The notes below the pieces were generated by a model. That model had not been told where the DNA came from. It searched no databases and saw only the letters and a program-made list of their open reading frames with translations. Shown in pieces: positions 47,349 through 53,474 of a stretch of DNA of 53,474 nt. Numbering within the stretch: the first letter of the stretch is position 1; each line of letters starts with the position of its first letter. Source of the stretch: a virus (taxonomy: Duplodnaviria > Caudoviricetes). Position numbers and translations under genes: made by a program. Location: the IMG/VR virus record IMGVR_UViG_3300025131_010455, positions 1 through 53,474 of that record, one strand, 5' to 3'.

Positions 47349-48607
47349 ATCACTTCCTTGCATTCCCAGGATTTATAATTTTTTCTGTTTTTCCACGAAC
47401 CATGTTTTTCTATTATCATCGTAAACACTTCATCCCATTGTTTACCATATTTTTCAAAATTATAATTGGTCATGACATGATTTCTTCCCATTTTTCCTAA
47501 TTTTGTTAACTCTTCTTTGGACATATTATAAATTTTTAACAAGGCGTTAACAACAACTTCTTGAGACAGCCTATCCTCGCGAATATATGGAATAGTTTGA
47601 GAGCCGATTACCGCTTTGGAGGTTGGTTCGATTCCAACACCAAACCAACTCTCACCATCTGTTACTTGTTCCTGCAAACCTCCTGTCATATTAACTATAA
47701 TAGGTGTTTCACAAGCTAACGATTCTAACGTTGCTAATCCAAAACCCTCTGCATCTGAGATATTAATTGTGCAATCAGCCATATTATACATTAAAGCTAA
47801 CGTTTTTTGATCAACCTTTTGTGTGGAAAAATATACTTGGCCATTTGTCAGATTTAAATACTCTATTATTTTTTTCAAATCTTGTCCATGTTCGTCATTC
47901 ACGTCCGTATGCATAACAAGAGACGCATTTTCATGGCCAACAATATCTAAAAACTCTTTAAACCAAAAAATCAACGAACCGCTTTGTTTTCTTCTAGCGT
48001 TTCTGTTATTCCAAAAGAAAATTTTCTTATTTTTATCAAAATTCTTTCCGAAACCCTTCTTGGAGAATTCTTCTATAGGTTCACGTGAATACTTTTTAAA
48101 AACATTTGTATCTACGGAATGTGGCACATAAACAGATTCCACGCCGGGAGCAACAGTTTTTACAATATCATCTGTAACTTTGGATATCGTGGCGACCAAA
48201 TCATTAGATTCGTATGCCGATTTATTAAAATCCGGATATGGATAATTATCCCACACATGATAATAAACCATTGGCACCTGTGGCCTGATTTCATGCTCCA
48301 TTAGCCATAGCCACTCCCAGAATCTTGGATCTGTCATAAACCACAATATATCAGGTCGATGATTTCGAATTAAAGATCGTATTATTTCCTGGTTTCCGTA
48401 TCCGTCAACTGGAAACACTATCCAATCATCTCCCCATTCTTGAGTTCGAATAGGTTTGTATTCTTTGTGTTTGATTGCACCACCCAAACTAATAAATTTA
48501 TATTTACCAGTTCGGAGCATCGCTTCAATCATATATTTTGTTTGGCCGGCTACGCCAGAAGGTGAAAAAGGTACATCACTTATTGTTAAAATTGTTCTTT
48601 TTTTCAC
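47345..48607 (-). CDS. Glycosyltransferase family 4
   Basis: SDVPFSPSGV, VPHSVD, RNARRK, AEGFGLATLESLACETPII. Confidence 0.9.
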   Translation of the reverse strand: MKKRTILTISDVPFSPSGVAGQTKYMIEAMLRTGKYKFISLGGAIKHKEYKPIRTQEWGDDWIVFPVDGYGNQEIIRSLIRNHRPDILWFMTDPRFWEWLWLMEHEIRPQVPMVYYHVWDNYPYPDFNKSAYESNDLVATISKVTDDIVKTVAPGVESVYVPHSVDTNVFKKYSREPIEEFSKKGFGKNFDKNKKIFFWNNRNARRKQSGSLIFWFKEFLDIVGHENASLVMHTDVNDEHGQDLKKIIEYLNLTNGQVYFSTQKVDQKTLALMYNMADCTINISDAEGFGLATLESLACETPIIVNMTGGLQEQVTDGESWFGVGIEPTSKAVIGSQTIPYIREDRLSQEVVVNALLKIYNMSKEELTKLGKMGRNHVMTNYNFEKYGKQWDEVFTMIIEKHGSWKNRKNYKSWECKEVI

Positions 48608-48626
48608 TATTTCCCCTTAATCTTGT

Positions 48627-49415
48627 TTATGGGCAATGTTTGGTTTTATAAAAATCGCATGCGCCATATCTACCGACACATGACAGCTTATTTTTTATAT
48701 ACATTTTATTATTTATATTGTATAAAACTTTTTTTAACATTTTAAGGGCATTTTCAGTTTTTTTCTTCCCACTTGTGACTCTAAATATTTCCACATTGTT
48801 GTGCTTGGCCGTTCTTTTTAAAAGGGCAAAATGAGTCTCAACATCAGCTGGGTCAACATTATGCTTTAATGCCCAGTAATGTTTATAAAATGTTAACTGA
48901 TAGGTTGTCATTTTTTCATTCTTTCTGCGAGAATCCCATCCCCAAGAACACGTTTTCCAATCAATAACATGATATTTGCCATTTGGAGTTTGTATTACTA
49001 AATCAATAAAACCTTTAAAATCGAATTCATTTTTAACAAATTCTTTTATTGGTTCAAAAAGTTGCTCCTCTACAGAAATTAGTTTAAACTCTCCAAAATG
49101 ATTTTTAAGCTCAGGAATAATCAATGGAGCCAACATATCACCCTGTGACCTCATTTCATTAACTAATTTTTTATTTAAATTATTTTTGATATCCTCTGGT
49201 AAGGATTCTAATTCCTTTAAAAACATCTCTTGAAAGTGCTTTTTTTCATCTAGATGTTCATTTAAAAGTTTTTGTTCGCACACTGAATGAACTGCGCTTC
49301 CAAAAGCTGTGTGCACGTTGCCCTCGAATCCCTTAAGTTTGTTAATGTAAATTAATTTGTGTTTGAAAGGGCAGTCAGCCCAAATTTTTAATTCTGAAAA
49401 AGATATGTGAGACAT
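48627..49415 (-). CDS. PD-(D/E)XK (RecB/AddB/Cas4-like) nuclease with a probable 4Fe-4S cluster
   Basis: ISFSEL...CP, FGSAVH, E, KGFIDL, IDWKT, QLTFY, and C-terminal CVGRYGACDFYKTKHC (1+3 Cys). Likely start 49415. Confidence 0.88.
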   Translation of the reverse strand: MSHISFSELKIWADCPFKHKLIYINKLKGFEGNVHTAFGSAVHSVCEQKLLNEHLDEKKHFQEMFLKELESLPEDIKNNLNKKLVNEMRSQGDMLAPLIIPELKNHFGEFKLISVEEQLFEPIKEFVKNEFDFKGFIDLVIQTPNGKYHVIDWKTCSWGWDSRRKNEKMTTYQLTFYKHYWALKHNVDPADVETHFALLKRTAKHNNVEIFRVTSGKKKTENALKMLKKVLYNINNKMYIKNKLSCVGRYGACDFYKTKHCP

Positions 49416-49425
49416 TATTACCTTA

Positions 49426-49830
49426 TTATTTTTTGCCTTTCGAACGTGACGCTTTAATAGCGGCCATAGTTGAATTGGCTTTTTGAGTATTGGATGGTTG
49501 CTTTTCTTTTTTTGCAACCTCTTTGACCTTGGGCGCCTGATGGGCCTTAGTTTTAACTTTCGTATTTGTTTTCTGTGTTTCTGGAAGAAGAAAAATCCAT
49601 GTTCCCTTATTAGATCCTAGGCCATTATTATACGCCTGGCATGCCTTTTTCAATGGAAGATTCTTATATCCTTCTTTCTCCGCTAACAATTCTTGCGCAT
49701 CGCGATTGGTAAAAATTTTTGGCTTATTAAGCAAATCTCGTTTATACTTATAAACACGCAACTCAACTATCAGTACTAACTCGTTTCCTACAGTTTTAAT
49801 ATCATATTCGTAATCTAGATTATATTTCAT
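49426..49830 (-). CDS. Hypothetical protein with a Lys-rich low-complexity C-terminal tail
   Basis: ATG 49830 with GGAGG SD. Tail KTNTKVKTKAHQAPKVKEVAKK...KASRSKGKK. Confidence 0.7.
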   Translation of the reverse strand: MKYNLDYEYDIKTVGNELVLIVELRVYKYKRDLLNKPKIFTNRDAQELLAEKEGYKNLPLKKACQAYNNGLGSNKGTWIFLLPETQKTNTKVKTKAHQAPKVKEVAKKEKQPSNTQKANSTMAAIKASRSKGKK

Positions 49831-50524
49831 TATTTCCTCCCGGTTCAATATTCATGACCAGATCATCAATTCTTTTGTATAAGGAAGGACTGATTTTTTT
49901 TAAATAATTTGGTTCTTTTAAAAAATAGTTTTCAAATCCATTAGCAAAATACTCTCTTAACGAAGTAACAGCGTATGGGGAATAAAACAATCCTATCACT
50001 AAAGAATTTAAAGTCGGATATCCTACCTGTTTGTGTAAATAATTATCAAAATTTAAATCATATTCCGTTTCCAGAAATTGATTATAACTAGGTTCTAAAT
50101 CTTCTTGCTTGCAGATATGATATAGCCTTTTTCTTTTTCCTAAAAACTCCCTTTCGACACTATTATCAGAATAAATATATTTATAATATTGCTCTTCAAC
50201 GGCATGCGCAATTTCATGAACTATATCATCAATCATATCATTTTTATCATCTTGGTCGTTGGAAATGTATAATGCGCCATGTTCATACATTGCATTAAAA
50301 TCGCGATTGTCCTTGTGAAAATCTTTAAAATCTCCAACATAAATAATGTCAATATTTGATACAAATTTCCTAGGAATTAATCGCTGCACATCGGCCAATA
50401 CTGCATTTAGATCAACATCTGTTAATAGGTGATCTTTTAGATACACTGGAATTGTACCGTATATATGCCTTTCACGATTATTTTGTTGTGCGGATCTATT
50501 AGATTCTTTAATATATTCAATCAT
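49820..50524 (-). CDS. Zincin-like HExxH metallopeptidase-family protein
   Basis: IVHEIAHAVE plus downstream REYFANGFE (third ligand). Likely start 50524. Confidence 0.7.
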   Translation of the reverse strand: MIEYIKESNRSAQQNNRERHIYGTIPVYLKDHLLTDVDLNAVLADVQRLIPRKFVSNIDIIYVGDFKDFHKDNRDFNAMYEHGALYISNDQDDKNDMIDDIVHEIAHAVEEQYYKYIYSDNSVEREFLGKRKRLYHICKQEDLEPSYNQFLETEYDLNFDNYLHKQVGYPTLNSLVIGLFYSPYAVTSLREYFANGFENYFLKEPNYLKKISPSLYKRIDDLVMNIEPGGNNEI

Positions 50525-50813
50525 CTGTTTCAAGTTGTCTTTTGGCCGTCTCTTCTTCCACGAGCTGCTTCCCTTCTTCAACATCGTCCAATGCTTGCCG
50601 ATATCCACGAATAAAATTTTCTTCAGCAACTGGTAATAAAAACTCTGGAAATTCTTTTGCCACAACCTTAATAACCATTTCCACAGTCACTTGATTATCC
50701 TCTGGTGCTAATTTTTCTCCAACATATTCAACAAGCCAGTTTTTCACTTCAGTATCCGGCTCAATTGGCTCTAACAAATCCGGATTTTCACTATTCGTTT
50801 GCTCTACATTCAT
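50517..50813 (-). CDS. Hypothetical acidic protein (98 aa)
   Basis: GGAGG SD and a consensus promoter directly upstream. Confidence 0.75.
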   Translation of the reverse strand: MNVEQTNSENPDLLEPIEPDTEVKNWLVEYVGEKLAPEDNQVTVEMVIKVVAKEFPEFLLPVAEENFIRGYRQALDDVEEGKQLVEEETAKRQLETDD

Positions 50814-50827
50814 ATCAAACCTCCATC

Positions 50828-50855
50828 ATTATATCATTTTAATAAACTTTGTCAA
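50828..50855 (-). promoter_or_regulatory. Consensus sigma70-type promoter
   Basis: Minus strand TTGACA (50855-50850), 16-nt spacer ending in TGA, TATAAT (50833-50828): perfect -35, perfect -10 and an extended -10 TG, in an intergenic gap. Confidence 0.8.
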
Positions 50856-50859
50856 GAAT

Positions 50860-52182
50860 TTAAAGCACTTTTGCTGCTAATGTCGCAACTTTACTACGTT
50901 CGCCTTTTATTAGCGTTACGTGTCCTGCTATTTCATACATTTTAAATTTTTCTACAGCATATGCTAGGCCATTTGATACCTCATCCACATACACATTATC
51001 AATTTGTTCTATATCTCCAGTTAAAACTATTTTAGTTCCTTCGCCAACTCTAGTGATTATAGTCTTTAATTCATGTGCTGTCAAGTTTTGAGCTTCATCC
51101 ACAATCATTAATGCATTTGCAATTGATCGACCTCGTATATATGTTAAAGCTTCAATTTCAATCATTCCCTGAGATATGTATATTCCTAAAGTTTCTTTAT
51201 CGTTACCCATCAAATATTGAAGATTATCTTGAATCGGAGCCAACCATGGAGTCATTTTTTCTTCCATTGAGCCTGGTAAATATCCAATATCTTTTCCCAG
51301 AGGTTGAATTGGTCTAGAAACAACTAATTTTCGATATATAGATTCTTTTGTTTCTTCAACCATTTGTGCTAAGCCAGCTGCAATTGCTAATAGAGTTTTT
51401 CCACTACCGGCTTTGCCTACTAATGTAACAATTTTAATCTTTGGATCCATTAAAAGATCTAAAGCAAATGCCTGTTCTTTGTTTCTTGGTTTTACTCCCC
51501 AGATTCCTTTTTTATATTCTCCATTAATTCTCTTCAAAGGCTCGGAGTACGAAAAAAATCTTGCTAAAGCTGTTTTTTTCTCGTTGGAGTTTGACACCAA
51601 CATTAAAAATTCATTTGGCTCTAACTTAACGTCCTCTTTGTATACAAATATTTGTTCTCCAGCATAAAATTGATCAATTATTTGCTCATCAACTAAATGT
51701 GTAGTAAAGCCTGTGTATAAGTGTGTTGTGTCTTTGACAACTTGATTGGTAACATAATCTTCGGTCAATAATCCAATAGCATCACATTTAACTCGCATAT
51801 TAATATCACGAGAAACCACAATTATTTTTCTTTTTGGATTTTTTCTTTTTTCAGTTAACGCCACACCAATGATTTCATTATCTGGTATTGTTGGATTAAA
51901 ATCATGTGGTAAATCTATAGATTCGAATCTTTTTACCGAGACCAACCCTTTACCTTTTTCTATTCGTATACCTTTAAAGAGACTTCCTTTCTCTCTTAAA
52001 GAATCTAATTTGCGAATAATTTTGCGCGCATTTGTTCCTACGCTATCTTGTCTTTTTTTATGCTTATCCACCTCTTCCAAGACTTTTAATGGAATTACAA
52101 TATCATTATTGCCATATGAAGACAAAGCACGTGCATCGGTTAAATATACACTAGTATCTAAGATATATATTTTTTTAGCCAT
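50860..52182 (-). CDS. phoH: PhoH-family ATPase with N-terminal PIN domain (PhoH2/YlaK type)
   Basis: YILDTSV, VLEEVD, DNEII, VSRDINMRVK (PIN). GKAGSGKT, IGYLPG, YIRGRS, VDEAQN, GDIEQID (PhoH). Likely start 52182. Confidence 0.93.
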   Translation of the reverse strand: MAKKIYILDTSVYLTDARALSSYGNNDIVIPLKVLEEVDKHKKRQDSVGTNARKIIRKLDSLREKGSLFKGIRIEKGKGLVSVKRFESIDLPHDFNPTIPDNEIIGVALTEKRKNPKRKIIVVSRDINMRVKCDAIGLLTEDYVTNQVVKDTTHLYTGFTTHLVDEQIIDQFYAGEQIFVYKEDVKLEPNEFLMLVSNSNEKKTALARFFSYSEPLKRINGEYKKGIWGVKPRNKEQAFALDLLMDPKIKIVTLVGKAGSGKTLLAIAAGLAQMVEETKESIYRKLVVSRPIQPLGKDIGYLPGSMEEKMTPWLAPIQDNLQYLMGNDKETLGIYISQGMIEIEALTYIRGRSIANALMIVDEAQNLTAHELKTIITRVGEGTKIVLTGDIEQIDNVYVDEVSNGLAYAVEKFKMYEIAGHVTLIKGERSKVATLAAKVL

Positions 52183-52219
52183 AAAAATTTCTTTATCAAA
52201 ATAAATAGTTATCTCAACG

Positions 52220-52228
52220 ATTATAGCA
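52220..52228 (-). promoter_or_regulatory. Extended -10 promoter element (TGCTATAAT) upstream of phoH
   Basis: Minus strand TGCTATAAT about 38 nt upstream of ATG 52182. The -35 match is weak (GTGAAT at 17 nt). Confidence 0.55.
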
Positions 52229-52302
52229 TAAAGAAAAAATATATTCACGTAAAAAGAACAATTGTTTTCTTAATTAATAATTATTAAAGGAGGTACTCAT
52301 GA

Positions 52303-53094
52303 ATGAAGAAAAAAATATCAGTATTTTTTCTAATATTATTAACAACATCGTTGTTTTGCAATGCATGCAGTTGCAGCAGCGCCAATCTTAAATACACAGC
52401 AACAGCTAGCGACATATTGCCCAGAACATCTTTTGTACACATAAAAAAAAGATTATCAATATCTAGATGTTTTGAAGATCGATGTGCAATTATGAATTTT
52501 GATTCAGCTGCTTCGGGTTTTATTATGAAAGTAGTTAGCGACGGCTCTTTTATTATTACAGCTGCGCATGTTTGCACAGATGCTGCACCAATAAAATTTC
52601 AAACAGACAAAATACATTCACGATATAGAGTCTATAGATTGGACGGAGAAAAATACACTGCTAAGGTTTTAACTTATGATGTTGATATCGATGTATGTTT
52701 AATGTTTGCAAAAGATTTAACTAACGATGTGCGCGCAGTGCGTATAGCACGCGAAAAACCGAAACCTGGAGATCGTATATATAATATAGCGGCGCCGCGA
52801 GGTTTATTTCAACCAAACGCTGCCCCAATTCTTGAGGGTCGCTATAATGGAAGATACGGCAATTCAGATTGGTATACACTACCTGCAGCTCCGGGAAGTT
52901 CTGGCTCCATGATTGTAAATCATAAAGGAGAATTGGTTGGAATGGTGCATTCAGTGTTTATCAATTTCATGGTCATGACACTTTCCACTGAATACGAAGA
53001 TTTAAAACTTTTTATTAATTCAAATCTCCACAAATATATGACCTATAAGAAAGTGATGGATTTACTAGAACTTAAAGATATTTTCCGTTCTTAA
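52303..53094 (+). CDS. Exported trypsin-like serine protease
   Basis: Signal-peptide-like N-terminus MKKKISVFFLILLTTSLFC, ASGF, TAAHVC (His), DVC (Asp), PGSSGS (Ser), GELVGM. SD AGGAGG. Confidence 0.9.
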   Translation: MKKKISVFFLILLTTSLFCNACSCSSANLKYTATASDILPRTSFVHIKKRLSISRCFEDRCAIMNFDSAASGFIMKVVSDGSFIITAAHVCTDAAPIKFQTDKIHSRYRVYRLDGEKYTAKVLTYDVDIDVCLMFAKDLTNDVRAVRIAREKPKPGDRIYNIAAPRGLFQPNAAPILEGRYNGRYGNSDWYTLPAAPGSSGSMIVNHKGELVGMVHSVFINFMVMTLSTEYEDLKLFINSNLHKYMTYKKVMDLLELKDIFRS

Positions 53095-53435
53095 GGTCTT
53101 TTCCAAATAAGACTTCCAGTGCGAGTCTTTACTTCTTGTAAGTATTGATGTGCATATAAGGCTAGCATAGTTTTATCTTCGTCGACATATTCATATATTT
53201 CATCTTTAGTAAATAACAATATTGCATTACAAAAGGTTTTAACTTTTTTATTAATATCTTCTTTGGTGATGCTGTTGGTAAAATGCAATTTATATTGCGC
53301 ATTAAGTGCTGATTTATCGTGAACTTTTAAATCTATTAACAAATACACACTTCCAGCTGGATAATTGGCTTCTATTGTTATGGTTGGGGGGTCGCAAACA
53401 TAATCTAGATATCTGATTGATGATTTAAATACCAT
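53091..53435 (-). CDS. Hypothetical protein
   Basis: ATG 53435 after a GGAGGG SD (track start 53450). Converges on the protease gene, sharing the palindrome TTAA at 53091-53094. Confidence 0.65.
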   Translation of the reverse strand: MVFKSSIRYLDYVCDPPTITIEANYPAGSVYLLIDLKVHDKSALNAQYKLHFTNSITKEDINKKVKTFCNAILLFTKDEIYEYVDEDKTMLALYAHQYLQEVKTRTGSLIWKRP

Positions 53436-53474
53436 ATTTACACCCTCCAAGTTGCTGTTTCAAAAACACAAGGC

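Larger units (their letters stand above)
1..53474. mobile_element. Fragment of a large myovirus/jumbo-phage-like genome (no attachment site or host flank visible)
   Basis: gp25- and gp6-like baseplate genes, spike with HxH tip, gp55-like sigma factor, PhoH, PD-(D/E)XK nuclease and very large virion ORFs. Co-oriented, tightly packed genes and no cellular housekeeping genes. Confidence 0.85.

Noticed and set aside
25287-48607. Ordinary bacterial O-antigen/capsule locus, or an archaeal glycosylation locus
   Set aside because: No flippase, polymerase, chain-length regulator or priming transferase. Both flanks are phage-type genes joined by overlaps or short gaps. A misassembly cannot be excluded without reads.
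11218-52577. Many 60-170 aa plus-strand ORFs and out-of-frame minus-strand ORFs, including 52284-52577
   Set aside because: Each overlaps a longer, motif-bearing gene and has the composition typical of antisense or off-frame translation.
1-53474. Stop-codon reassignment as seen in some large phages
   Set aside because: Genes are full length in the standard code, and TAA, TAG (e.g. 8920, 31767) and TGA all end genes right next to the following start.
48627-53474. CRISPR array, tRNA or structured ncRNA near the nuclease or in the 52183-52302 gap
   Set aside because: No direct-repeat/spacer pattern or cloverleaf seen. The gap holds only short AT palindromes (AACAATTGTT, TAATAATTATTA) that may be chance or promoter-related.

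Overview
AT-rich (about one-third G+C by eye), gene-dense fragment that looks like part of a large contractile-tailed (myovirus or jumbo-type) phage genome, not a cellular chromosome. All but one credible gene lie on the minus strand. In transcription order (right to left) it holds: (1) PIN-PhoH, an HExxH metallopeptidase and a 4-Cys PD-(D/E)XK nuclease behind sigma70-type promoters; (2) a 23.3-kb, 26-gene glycan-synthesis island (25287-48607) with about 10 glycosyltransferase-like genes, two UDP-sugar dehydrogenase/epimerase pairs, minimal NeuA/NeuB, five methyltransferase-like genes, a B12 radical SAM enzyme, a HAD-nucleotidyltransferase fusion and a deacetylase, but no flippase, polymerase or priming transferase; (3) an FmdB zinc ribbon and a gp55-like sigma factor; (4) a tail/baseplate block with a three-gene spike module carrying transglycosylase, esterase and Cys-peptidase domains, a 2081-aa protein, gp25-like and gp6-like wedge proteins, a DNRLRE-like protein, and a >=2971-aa LamG-containing ORF (8913 to <1) that is missing from the supplied ORF track. 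The best candidate for an undescribed system is a phage-encoded, lipid-carrier-independent glycosylation pathway placed directly upstream of the virion genes. GC-only palindromes (GCCGGC, GGCGCC, GGCGCGCC) also look strongly over-represented. No tRNA, rRNA, CRISPR array, integrase or transposase was seen. All protein calls come from motif recognition by eye, not database searches.
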